Source of the DNA: Hemiscyllium ocellatum
Lineage: Eukaryota
DNA length: 64,000 nt
NCBI RefSeq assembly: GCF_020745735.1
Contig: NC_083420.1
Coordinates: 70,609,699 to 70,673,698, forward strand
Direction of reading: 5' to 3'
Below the pieces are notes generated by a model that saw only the letters and a program-made list of their open reading frames with translations, was not told the DNA's origin and did no database searches. The translations under genes and the position numbers were made by a program. Positions 11,190 through 23,944 of this stretch are shown in pieces (positions within the stretch are counted from its first letter, which is position 1; each line of letters starts with the position of its first letter).

Positions 11190-14100
11190 ATCTCTCGTCT
11201 GTCCTCCCTCCCTTTCTCTTTATAGCCCTCCCTCTCTCACATTCGCCCGTCTCTCCCTTCCCTCCTTCTCCGTCTACCCCTCACTACTTCTCTTGCCTCC
11301 CTCCCCAGCTACCTCTCTCTCTCGTCCGTCCTCCATCCATACATTTCTCTCTCCTCTTCCACCCTCTCTGTCTTCCGATTATTCCTTCTCTTTGCAAGAC
11401 CCTCCCACTCTCTCACACGCCCTTCCTCCTGCGTACCCTCACTATCTCTAACTTTCTCCGGCCTACTTCAATCTCTCTCCCCTGCAGCTCTCTGTCCACC
11501 TCCGTCTCACAGTCCCTCACCCCTCTCCTTCTTCCCTTCCCTTTCTCACTCCCCCTCGCTCCATTTCTCCATCCCATTCACTCTCTCTTTCTGGCCCCTC
11601 GCTCTCTCTCTACCCCTCCTTTCCTCTCTCTCTGACACTCCCTGCATCTTTCTGTGTTCCCTTGCTCCTTATCACACCCGTGCCCTCCCTCTCCCTCCCT
11701 CTCTCTCCTTCCCAACTCCCTCTCTCTGAACCCCTCCTTCCTCTCGACCTCTCCTTCAACCCTTCTCTGCCTTTACCTCCAACCCTCCCTCTATTCCACT
11801 GCACTCTCACTCTTGTCACTTCTGTCTTCTCCCCTCCCTGCCTCTCTGCATCGTCTCGCCCTCTCTCTCTTCAACCCTCTCTCTCCATCTTCCTCTGCCC
11901 CACTTCGTTCTCTCTCTCTCCTCCCTCTCTCTCTCCCTCCTTCCCTCCCTCTATCCCCGTAGGTCCTGTATCCCATTCGTACTCCCACCCCCCCACTCTC
12001 TCCCCATCCCTCATCTCTCACCCTCGCTCCCTACCACTCTTCACGTCCCTCACTCTCGCATCTTTCCTCACTCCCTCACCGCCTCCCCTCTATCCCCCAC
12101 CTTTCCACCCTCTTTCTCTTCCACACATTCCCTCTCTCCCACCCCAGTACCTCCACTCTCTAACTAGCTCTCTCTCCTCATCCTCTCGCTCTCTCAGTCC
12201 CTCCCTCCCTTTTTCTCTCCCCCTCCAGCCCTATGTCTCTGTCCTCCCATCGCACGCTCTCTCTCCTACCCACCATCCTCTCTCTCCTCTCTGCCCTTCT
12301 ACCTTCCCCTCGGCATCCCCTTCCCTCCCTCGTTCTGCCCTGCATCTTTTCCACACTCTTGCTCTCTTTCCCCGACCATTGTCTCTCTATACTCACTCCT
12401 GCTGTCTCCCCATGTCGCCCTGTCTCCATTTCTCACGCTCTCTGTCCTTCCACCTTCTCCCTCTCTCTCCACCTCCCCTCCTTCTCTCGCTCTCCCCCTC
12501 CCTCTCTCTCCCTCTGTCCAACTCTGTCTGCTAATCACTACGTCTCTTGCCACCTCTCTCTCTATCCCCCTCACCCCGCACTCTTGCTCCTTCCCTTTCG
12601 TTCTCTCCCCGTCCCTCCCTGCCTCTCTCTCGCATACCCCCACCCCCCTCGATATTTCCCTCCCTTGCTCTCAATCTCCCACAACCACACTCCCTCTCCC
12701 TCTCTCTCCAATTTCTTCCTTCTCACTCTCCTTACTCCGTCTTTCGCTTCCACACTGCGCTCTCCTGCTCCCTTCCTGTCTCTTTCCCCTCTGTCTCTCT
12801 GACTCCTATCTCCCTCACTTTCTATGTACACTCTCGCTGCCTCTCTCTCTTTCTGGCCTCCCTAGCTCCCTCACCACCTTCAACTCTCTCTCTCGTCCCT
12901 CCCTGCTTCTCCCTCTACCATCCCTCTCTCTCGTTCTCCCCTTCCACCCCCTCTGTTCCTCTTCTTCATACCTTTTTTAGCCACGCTCTCTCTCTGCTCC
13001 ACCTGCTCCTCCCTCCTTCCCTGTCCCCTACTCCCTCTCTCTTCCCCTGCCTACTTCTCACTCTTCCCCTCCATCCCTCTTCCTCCGACTCACTCCGTTT
13101 CCCACATTCCACCTCTCTCATTCTCCCAAAACTCCCCGCCTCTGTCTCTTCCCTCTCATTCTCTCTTCCCACCCTCCCTCCCTTCCCCTCCCTCATTCCC
13201 TCTATACCCCCTTGTACCCTCCCACTCGTTCGTACATACACCCTCTCACTCTATCTCCCCATCCTTCTCTTTGTCTCTCTCCCCCTCACTCCTTCTGTCT
13301 CCACGGATCTTCCTCTCTTTCGCTCACCCTCCGTCCTTCTCACTCCCCTCCCTTCGTCTCTCACACCTCCCTCCCACTCTCCCGCACCTCCTACCTCTGC
13401 CTCTTCCCTCCCTCACTCTCTCCACCAACTCCATCCCTCTCTGTTCCCATCCCTCACTGTCTGCACCCCTCGCATCTCTCTCCTCAAGTCCCTCCCGCTC
13501 TCTCGGACCCGCCTTCCCTCTCCCTCCCCTTCCCTAACTCTCTCACAAGCCCTCCTTGCCTCTCTACCTTCACCTCCCAACATTTGTGTCTTGATCCCCG
13601 ACGCTCCTTCCCTTCATCTCGTACTCTCCATTCTTCCCTCTCCCACCTCCTTCCCTCCATTTCATTCTCCGTCTCCTTCCTTCCCTCTCCTCCCATCTCC
13701 CCACTTCTCTGTCTCTTTATCTCCCCCACCCCCCAGCTCTCGCCCTTCCACCCCTCTATCTCTCACTCTAACTCGCTCCCTCTATCCCACTTTCTCCCTT
13801 TGACCTTCCTTCCCTCATTCTCTCGCTGACCCTCCCTCCCTCTCTCCATCCCTCCATCCCTCCCACTCTCCCCCTTGTACCCTCCCACTCGTTCGTACAT
13901 TCACCCTCTCACTCTATCTCCCCATCCTTCTCTTTGTCTCTCTCCCCCTCACTCCTTCTGTCTCCACGGATCTTCCTCTCTTTCGCTCACCCTCCGTCCT
14001 TCTCACTCCCCTCCCTTCGTCTCTCACACCTCCCTCCCACTCTCCCGCACCTCCTACCTCTGTCTCTTCCCTCCCTCACTCTCTCACCAACTCCATCCCT

Positions 14101-16576
14101 CTCTGTTCCCATCCCTCCGTCTCTCTATCCCCCAAGTCTCTCTATCCTCTCTCTGTTCACTTCGCTAGCTCCCCTCTCACTCCACCTCCACCCCTCTATC
14201 TTCCTCAACCTCTCTCATTCCTCCCACTCTCTCTCCCTCCATCTCTCTCCCTCTCACTCCCGCTCACACCCCCTTCCCTCCCTTTCCGTCTCCCCATAAT
14301 CACAGCTTTCAAGCTCCCTCTGTGTGTGTGTCTCTCTCTCCCTCCTCTCGCCTTATCTAACTCTCCCTCTCTCCTTTCTCACTCCCCCTTCTTCCCCCTC
14401 TCTCTGCCTGTCCTCTCTCGCCCCATCCTCCTCTCTCCCACTAAGTCCCACCCTCTCTATCCCCCTCCTTCTCTATCCCACATTCTTCTATCTCTTGCCC
14501 ATTTCCCTCCCCTCACTCTCCCATTATCTCTCCCTCCTTATTTGGTTCTCACTTCCGTCTCGGTCTCTCCCTCCCTCTCGCACTCTCTCAAACTTTCACC
14601 TCTCTCTCCACTCTCTCTCTCTCACCCTTCCTCTCTACCCCGTTTCCCTCCCACTCCCTCACATTCTACCACTCTCGCTCCCCACTTCTGCTCTGTTACC
14701 TCACTCTCTCTCTACCCTTCTTGCCCCTTGCACTCTCCCATCCCTCTCTTTCTCCCCCCACTCCCTCTCACCCCAATGTCTCCCACATACATCTTCCAGT
14801 TCCGTCCCTCACACCTTTCTCTCTCCTCTCCCCGTCCTTCTCCCCCACCTCCCTGACCCCTCCCTCTCTCTCTCTCCTCTCTCCCCCAGCTCTCGCTCTC
14901 CTCCTCCCTCTCTTAAGTGCTCTCTCTTCACCTCACTCTCTTTCAAACCTCTCTCTCCCACGCTGTCCCTTTCTCCATCCTCCTCCTTCTCTGTCTCTCT
15001 CTCTCTCAATCTCTTTCTGCACCGCTGTCAGTTCCATCTATCACGCCCTCCCTCTCTCCCCCTTCCACACACTCTCTCGATCCCTTTTGCTACCCTTCCT
15101 CTCTCCGTGCTCTCTCTCTCATTGCCCTCCACCTCTTCCAGCTCTCCCTCCCCATCTCCCTCTCATCCAAACTATCTCCCCTCTCTCTCCCTGTCCTTCA
15201 CTCTCTTCACCTCCCTCTCTCCATTTCCTCTGTCTACCATCTTTCTCATTCAGTATCTCTCCTCCTCGCTCCCTCTCTCTCGCACACTTCTCCCTCACTT
15301 CGTTCTATCTCCCGTCATCTCTACTCACCGCTCTTGTCCCCATCCAACTCTCGATATCCCCTCTCTCCCCTCCTCTCTCTCCCACACTCTCGCCCTCCCT
15401 CCCTCTCCCCCTTTTCTGCCACTGCTACACGCTCCTGTATTCTCCCACTCTCTCTCCAACCCACTCCGCTTTCTCAGCTCTCTCCCCACTTACTCTATCC
15501 ATACCCTGTCTCCCCTTTTTCTCTCCCCCACTGTCTTTCCTCTCTCTCCCTCCAAGCTGATTCTCCTCCCTTTCTGCCCCCTCCCCATGTCCCTGCTCTC
15601 TCTCATCCCTCTGTCTCCCCCTAATTATCTCTCCAGCCTCTCTCTATCACCTCTCTCTCCCCTCCCTCTCTGCCTTCCCCTCCCTCCCACATCACTCTCT
15701 CTTCACTCCCTCCTTCACACCTCCCTCTCTCCGTCTCTCTCTTTTCATCTCCCCCTCACTCTCCCCTCTCTCTTCATCGTCCCTCACTCACACCTCTCTC
15801 TATATTTCCTCTCCGCTCTTTCATTATCCTCCCTCTGCCAACCACCTCTCTCTCTCTGCCCCTCCCCATTTATCTCCCACCTCTCTCCCCTCTCGCTATC
15901 CTCCCTCTCTCCCCGTTATTTGTCTCCTCTTTCTCACGATCATGATTCTCTGGTCCCTCTCTCTCCTCTCTCTCCCCCTCCCTTTCTACCTGCGCTCTAC
16001 CCAATCCTCTGTCTCCCAGTCCATATCTCCCTGCTGTCTCTTTCCCTCCTCCCTCTCTCTCACTTCCCTCCATTCCTCTTCTCGCCTTCTCTTTCCCCGT
16101 CTGTCCTCCCTCTCTCTGTCCTCTCTCTCCCCTCCACCTCTCGCTCCGCTCTCTCCATTACTCTCTCTCCCCTCTCTTTCTCCCACTCCCTGTCTCCCTG
16201 CGCAGTCTCTCCCACCTCCCTCTCTCTCTTTCCTCACTCGCTCTTCTCGCTCCTTCTTTATCCCTGCCTGTCCTCCCTGCCTCCCTCTCTGCCCTCTCAC
16301 TCACTCCTCCCGCTCCCTCTCCCTCTCCCCTCCCATTTCCCTCTCATCTCCCTCACTCCCCACTCCGACTTTCCCCCCCTCTATCTCTCCACCTCACTTG
16401 TCCTCTGTCTCTTCCGCTCCCCCTCTTTAAACCGTGCCTCTCTATTTCTCTCACCATCCCTTCTCTCTCCCCCGGCCCTCTATCTCCCCCACCACACTCT
16501 ATGCCCCTCTCTCTTCCCCCTCCCTCTCTCATTCCCTCCTCTCTCTCACCTCTCCCTTTCTATCTTTATCTACATA
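11190..16576. repeat. Polypyrimidine (CT-rich) low-complexity tract, left block
   Basis: About 5.4 kb, almost all C/T on the + strand and largely non-periodic. Confidence 0.97.
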
Positions 16577-19389
16577 TAGAACATAGAACATAGAAGGATA
16601 CAGCGCAGTACAGGCCCTTCGGCCCTCGATGTTGCGCCGACCGAGTCCTACCTAACCTATTCTAGCCCAATAACTTCCAAATGCCTATCCAATGCCCGCT
16701 TAAATGAACATAAAGAAGGAGAGTTCACCACTGATACGGGCAGGGCATTCCATGAACTCACAACCCGCTGTGTGAAGAATCTACCCCTAACATCTGTCCT
16801 ATACCTACCACCCCTTAATTTAAAGCTATGTCCCCTAGTAACACCTGACTCCATTAGCGGTAAAAGGTTCTTAGTATCTACCCTATCTAAACCCCTAATC
16901 ATCTTATACACTTCTATCAGATCTCCCCTAAACCTTCTCTTCTCCAATGAGAACAGCCCCAAGTGCCTCAGCCTTTCCTCATACGATCTTCCTACCATTC
17001 CAGGCAACATCCTGGTAAACCTCCTCTGCACTCGTTCTAAAGCTTCCACATCCTTCCTATAGTATGGCGACCAAAACTGCACACAATACTCCAGATGAGG
17101 CCTCACCAGAGTCTTATACAACTGCAACATGACCTCAGGACTCCGGAACTCAATTCCTCTGCCAATAAAGCCCAGTACACCATATGCCTTCCTCACAGCA
17201 CTATTTACCTGGGTGGCAACTTTCAGAGATCTGTGTACATAGACACCAAGATCCCTCTGCTCATCCACACTACCAAGTAGCCTACCATTAGCCCAGTAAT
17301 CCATCATCTTGTTATTCCTACCAAAGTGAACGACTTCGCACTTAGCTACATTGAATTCCATTTGCCACATTTCCGCCCAGCTCTGCAACTTATCTATATC
17401 CCGCTGTAACCTACCACTTCCTTCCTCACTATCCACAACTCCACCGACTTTCGTGTCATCCGCAAACTTGCTTACCCAGCTTTCAAGTCCTTCCTCTAGA
17501 TCATTTATAAAGATAACAAAAAGCAATGGTCCCAAAACAGATCCTTGTGGTATACCGCTAGTAACTGCGCTCCAAGATGAACATAATCCATCAACTACTA
17601 CCCTCTGTCTCCTTCCAGCCAGCCAATTCCTAATCCAAACCTCTAATGTATCCTCAATGCCATACCTCTGAAGTTTTAGCATTAGCCTACCATGGGGAAC
17701 CTTATCGAACGCCTTACTAAAATCCATATACACAACATCTACTGCTTTACCCTCATCCACTTCCTTAGTCACCTTCTCAAAGAACTCAATAAGGTTTGTG
17801 AGGCACGACCTGCCCTTCACAAAACCATGCTGGCTATCCCTGATCACGTTATTCCTACCCAGATGTTCATAAATCTTATCCCTTACCATTCTCTCTAAGA
17901 CTTTGCCTACCACTGAAGTCAGACTCACTGGCCTATAGTTACTAGGGCTATCCCTACTCCCTTTCTTGAACAATGGGACCACATTCGCTATCCTCCAGTC
18001 CTCTGGTACTATTCCCGTTGACAATGACGACATAAAAATCCAGGCCAATGGCTCTGCTATCTCCTCCCTAGCTTCCCATAGGATCCTGGGGTAAATGCCA
18101 TCAGGCCCAGGAGACTTATCTATATTCATCCTTTCCAATATTCCCAAAACCTCTTCCCTGCATATTTCCAGGGCATCCATTCTAATTATTTGTGATTCCA
18201 TATTCACATCAGCAACAGTGTCCTGTTCCTGAGTGAATACTGATGAAAAGTACTGATTTAATGTCTCTCCAATCTCCTCCGCCTCCACACACAACTTCCC
18301 ACTACTATCCTTGACTGGACCGATACCTACCCTAGTCATCCTTTTATTCTTGACATACCTATAGAAAGCCTTTGGGTTTTCCCTAATCCTACCAGCTAAA
18401 GACTTTTCATGTCCCCTTCTCGCTTTTCTTAGCTCCCTCGTTAGCTCCTTTCTGGCTACCTTATAACTCTCAATCGCCCCTACTGAACCTTCACGCCTCA
18501 TCTTTACATATGCCGCCTTCTTCCCTTTCACAAGGGACTCCAATTCCTTACTAAACCACGGCTGCCTCACAAGGCCCTTTACACCATGCCTGACTGGTAC
18601 ATACCTATCGAGGACACGCAGTAGCTGCTCCTTGAACAATCCCCACATCTCATTAGTGTTCTTCTCTTGAAGCCTGAGTCATGCCTCACTGCATCATAAT
18701 TTCCCTGCCCCCAGCTATAGCTCTTGCCCTGCGGCGCACGATTATCCCTCTCCATCACTAAAGTAAAAGTCACCGAGTTGTGGTCACTGTCCCCGAAGTG
18801 CTCACCTACCTCCAAGTCTAACACCTGGCCTGGTTCATTACCTAGAACCAAATCCAATATAGCCTCCCCTCTTGTTGGCCTGTCGACATATTGTGTCAGG
18901 AAACCCTCCTGCACACATTGTACAAACACCGACCCATCTAATGAACTCGAGCTATAGCTCTCCCAGTCAATATCTGGGAAGTTAAAGTCCCCCATAACAA
19001 CCACCCTGCTACCTTCACTCTTTTCCTGAATCATCCTCGCAATATTATCCTCTACTTCTCTAGGACTATTAGGAGGCCTGTAGAAAACACCTAACAGGGT
19101 GACCTCACCTTTCCTATTTCTAACCTCAGCCCAAACTACCTCAGATGGCAAGTCCTCTTCCATCGTCCATTCCACTGCTGTGATATTGTCTTTGACAAGT
19201 AATGCCACGCCTCCCCCTTTTTTACCCCCATGTCTGATCCTACTAAAACATTTGAACCCTGGAACGTGCAACAGCCATTCTTGTCCCTGTTCTACCCACG
19301 TCTCTGTAATGGCCACAACATCGAAGTCCCAGGTACCAACCCACGCTGCACGTTCACCTACCAACCCACGCTGCAAGTTCACCAACCCA
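16577..19389 (-). mobile_element. Young CR1 LINE with nearly complete ORF2 (AP endonuclease + RT), one frameshifting deletion, no ORF1
   Basis: EN motifs DVVAITETW, GVFYRPP, GDFNFPDIDW and SDHN in ORF 18579-19439. RT motifs GIPQGSVLGPLLF and KFADDTK in the 663-aa ORF 16657-18648. (TTCTATG)n tail at 16577-16595. Confidence 0.97.
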
Positions 19390-22300
19390 TTCCTCCCCAT
19401 TTCTAAACTCCCTTTCTCCCAAACCTCCCTGTTTTGCACCCCTCCCTCTCTCCCAATTCCACTCGCTCTCCCTCACCATCTTTCTCCCTAACTCTCTCTA
19501 ACCCCCTTTCTCCTCCCTCTCAACCTCTGTCACCCCGTCCTCGCTGTCTCTCTCAACCAATCCCTCTCTCACACCCGCCTCCCATTATCTACTCCAGTAT
19601 GTCTTGTCTGTCTCGTCCTCCTTATTCTCTCTCTCCCTTTCCCGCCCCTTCCCTCGCTATCCTTCTCTCCCCAATTTTTTTCGCTCTCTCTACAACCTCC
19701 CAACACGCGATCCCCTCTCTCACCCTCTCCCTCTCTCTCTTACATTCCACTCCCTTTTCAGCTCTTTCCCTCTCCCCACAATTCTCTCTCACCTAACCAA
19801 CAATGACACTCCCCTCCTTCTTCCGCTCTTTCCCCTTCCCCAACATCTCCCTCACCTACCACACATTGACCCTCCCCAGCCCACCCCTCCACACTTTTCC
19901 CCAGTCCCCCATAAATCTCTCCTTCCCCCTCACCCACTCGCCCCACCCCTCATCCTCTCTCCCCATCTCCTCTCTCCCTATTCATTCTCTCCCCATCCAC
20001 CTTCTCTCCCCATCCACAGCCTCCCACTGACATCCACTCGCTTTCGCCCATCCATTCTCCCCTCCCTCTTTCTCTCACCATTCACTTTCTCTCCCCTCAC
20101 TCTCCGCCTGTCACCTCCATCTCTCTGCCCCTCCTTCTCCCTGCTCTCTCCTCTGTCTCTTGACCTTCCCCATGCTCTTCTCCACCCGATCCTCCCTCTC
20201 TCTCCCTCTTCCCCTTTTTCTCTCTCACTTTGCTCCATCTCTCCCTCCCTCACCCCTCCCTCTCTCTCTCCCTCCTTCTACCTCACGCCCCTTTACACAC
20301 TCTCTCTCTACCCCTCCCTTTCTTTGTCTCTCCCTCACTCTCCCTCTCCCACCTCCTTCTCTCGGTACCCCATCGTTTCTCTCTCTCCCCGTCTCTCTCT
20401 CTTGCACACTCTCTCCTCCCCTACCTCCTTCTCACGGTCACTCTTCTCCCCCGCTCCCGCCCCTTCTCCCCCTCTTCCACTGCCCTCACTCATCCCCTTA
20501 CTACCCCTGCTCTCTTTCGACTTTCTTGTCTTTCATCCCACTTTCTTCCACCTCGCCTCTGTCTCCGCCTGACCCTCTCCTTTCCTCTCCACTTCTCTTG
20601 CCACTGTCTCTCCCTGTCGCTTCTCTCATTCTCCCTTCACGTTTCCCCTCTCTTCCTCCTTCCCCTCACTCTTCTCCTCTCTCTCCACCTCTCTCTGTAC
20701 CTACCCATCTGCCTCCCAATCGCGTGCTTTCTCCCCATTATCACTCTCAACCACTCCATCTCTCTCCTGTTTCTCTCTCTCTCTTCCCTCTCTTTGTCTC
20801 ACCCTTCGCTCTCTCTCCCCACTTGTCCCGACCCACTGTTCCCCTCCCTCTCTTTGTCTTTTTCCCAATCCCTCTCTTAAGCCCGCTTCCCTCTTTCTAC
20901 ACCTCACCTTCTCCTTCCCATATCTCACTCTCTCTCGCCCCTTTCTCTCACCATTCTTCCCTCCCATCTTCCTCTATCTCTTTACAACTACCCAACTCTG
21001 CCTTTCTCCCCACACCTCGCTGTCCTTCACTTTCCCACACTATCTCTCTGGCGCCCCATCCCTCTTTCTATCTTTCACTCTCCCAAACCTTGCCCCTCCG
21101 CTACCAATACAGGCGCTCGCCATCCCTTCCCTCCATACCATTCATCACTCCCCATACCCCACAACTTCTGCCACCTTGCAATCACACCTTCTCTCTCCCC
21201 TCCGCTACAACTCTCTCTCCCCATCCTCTCTTTCTCTCAACCCATGCACCTTCTCCCCTTTCACTGTCTCGCTCCCCCACCCACAATCTCTCACCCATGC
21301 ACACTGTCTCCCCTTCTCATTCAATTTCACTCCCCTCTCTCTCCTCCCACTCTCTCCTCCACCTATCTGTACCACATTAGTCTTTTCCCCCTCTGTTAAC
21401 TCATCTCTGTCTCCCTCTCTCTCCCCTTCTCCCTCTGTCCACCCTGTCTCTACCCTATCCCTATCTCTCTGTGCACATTTTCTCTCACTCTCCTCCCTCG
21501 TCCCCTCTCTCACCGCCTCCATGTTACTCCTCCCCGTCTCTCTCACACCTTCCCGATTCCCCTCTCTCTCCCCTTTCCTCCCTGTCGCTCTCTCCCTCTC
21601 TCACAAATTGTCCCTGTCTCTCTTCTGCCTCCCCAATGCGCCCCAGTCCTCTCTATCTCCACCCACCTCCCTCGCTCTCCCTACACCCTCTCCATTCTCT
21701 CTCACGCAACCCTCTGTTTCTCGCTCTTCCACTCTCTGTTTCTACCCTGCTTCTCTTTCTGTGTCCACTCTGCCTCCCCATATCTCACCTCCCCCACACT
21801 CCCCGTCCACACTACCCACTCCCCCTCTCTATTCCCTCCATCTCACGCTCTTTCCCTCTCCCCATCCTTACTCTCCACTTCAGCCTCTCACCCTCCTCCA
21901 ATTTGTCTCAACCCCACACTCTCTCCCTCTCTCTCCCCATCCATTCCCTCTCCGACATCTCTCTCCTCCTTCCTCTCACCCTCTTTCCCCCTCTCTCTCC
22001 CCCTCCCCACTCTCTGGCTCTCTTTGCCCTCCTCCTTCTCCCACCCCCTCTTCCTCCCCACTTCCTCTCGAAATCTCCACCATCTCTTCCTCCCACGACC
22101 CTGTTTCTCTTGCACCATCCCTCTTCCTTCTGTTCGGCTCCCCGTATTGCTCTCTCTCCTGCATCCCCCACCCTTTTTCCCTTCCACTTCTCTTGACCCT
22201 CGTCTCTTATTCTTCCTCTCTCTCCCATACCCAACGTCTCTCCCTATCGACTGCCTCCCTCTCCATCACGATTTCCCTCGCTCTCTCCCCACACTGTCTC

Positions 22301-23647
22301 TCTCCTCCTGTCCTCTGCCTGCCGCACCCTGTTTCTCTCCATTGCCACTCTCTTTCTCCCTTCCACATTTCTCTCTTGCTCCCTCGTCTGTGCCGCCCCT
22401 CCTCCTCTCCCTGTCTCTCCAACCCCCCTCTCTCTCCTCCCTCTTTCCCCAGTCCCTCTCTTTTCCGTTCCCTCCCACCCTTTCTCGACCCCTCTATCTC
22501 CACCTTACAATCTCTCTCCCCCCGCTCCTGAATCTCGTGCTTTACCTGTCTCTCTTCCTACCCCTCTCTCTATCCTATCATGCCTCTCTCTCTGTCCACC
22601 TCGTCTGTTTCTCTATCTGTTTCTCACCCCCTGGCTCCTCTCTCCGTTCCTCCTCCTCTCTCACTCCTCTCTGTCTCTCCCCCTCTCTGGGGTCTGCCCC
22701 ATCTCCCTCACTCTGTCCCTCCAATCTCTCTAGCCCAACCTCCCCGTCCCTCTCCCTCTCACCTTTCCCCCTCTCTCCTCCTCCTCCTCTCTCTCTCCCA
22801 TCCCGCTCTCTCACCCCTTCCTTCTCTCTCACCCCTTCCTTCTTGCCCCTCAGTCTATCTCCCCTTCTCCCTCTATCTTCCCCTCTCTATCTCTCCTCGT
22901 TTCCCAATCCCTCTCTCGGTTCACACTCCTCTCTCTATTTCTCCTTCTCTTCCTCATCCTCCTCTCTCCAACACCCTCACTCTCTCTCCTCCGTCCATCA
23001 CCCTCTTGTCCCTCCCTCAGTTTCTCTCTCCAATCCACTCACTCTCTGTCTTTCCCCTACCCTAATCTCCCTCTTACTCCCACCCTTATGCCTCGTACTC
23101 TCCCTTCCCCTCACTCTCTATTTCGTCCCCACACTCTCTTTATCTGCCTCACACCTCCTTTCCTCTCCGTCTCCATCTCTCCCTCGCTCTACATCCTCAT
23201 GGTCTCTTTGTCACATCTCGCACTCTATCCGTCTTCACTCCCTCTATCTCTCCTGCTCCTCCACTCACTCCCCATCCCTTCCTTCCCCCTCATGTTCTCT
23301 CTCCTTACCTCTCTTTCTGCCACCTCGCTCTCCCACACTCATTTCTCTTTTTCCCCTTTACCTCGCTTTTTCCACTCCCACACTTGCTCTCCACCTCCCT
23401 CTCGCCCCTTCCCCCACCCATTCTCACTCCTTCTCTCACCCCCTACCACTCTCACCTGCCTTTCTCTCCCTCCAGCCCATCTCTCCAGCTCACTTTCTCT
23501 TGAACCCCTTCACTTCCCATTCTCTCTTGCCCTTCTTTCACTCCCTTGCCCCTGTTTCTCTCTCTCTCCCTCCTCTCTTCCCCCCTCTGTTTCCCCCTCC
23601 CTCCGTCTCCCTCTGTCCCTCTTAGTCTCTCCCCCTCTCGCACTCCC
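19390..23647. repeat. Polypyrimidine (CT-rich) low-complexity tract, right block
   Basis: About 4.3 kb with the same composition as the left block. Confidence 0.97.
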
Positions 23648-23944
23648 GCTCAGCACACTCACTGCTCCCAGAACTGCAGCTGCTGTTTTCTCAATGCAAT
23701 ATTTAGTTTTCGCCTTCTGCCAACAAATAACCAAAAACCGATCAGAGTGGCTGCGTAAAGAAGGACGGCTTGGATATATCACAAGCAGATAGAGTACAGG
23801 CAATAAACCTATTCCCAATAAACTATGCCCAATCGAGGACAATGACCAGGACATCCGCCGCTGCCGTAGCCCACAGGTAACGTGTGACACATGGAGACAA
23901 TCCACAATCTTTGTGATGCAAGATGTAGATCATCACTACGTTAA
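23648..23944 (-). pseudogene. GPR139/GPR142-like class A GPCR exon (late TM1 to TM4), disrupted and 3'-truncated
   Basis: Acceptor TTCTTCCTCACAG, then (V)NVVMIYILHHKDCGLSPCVTRYLWATAAADVLVIVLDWA* (stop at 23823-23825). After frameshifts come QAVLLYAAT and DRFLVICWQKAKTKYCIEKTAAAVLGAVSVLS. This matches the motif order I recall for chondrichthyan GPR139-like receptors (CGLSxCVTRYL, DRFVAICCQK, KYCTEKTAAVV). Confidence 0.85.

Noticed and set aside
11102-23792. Many long Pro/Ser/Leu-rich (+) and Arg/Glu/Gly-rich (-) ORFs, up to 751 aa
   Set aside because: CT-rich DNA rarely forms stop codons, so these ORFs are a compositional artefact with no domain structure.
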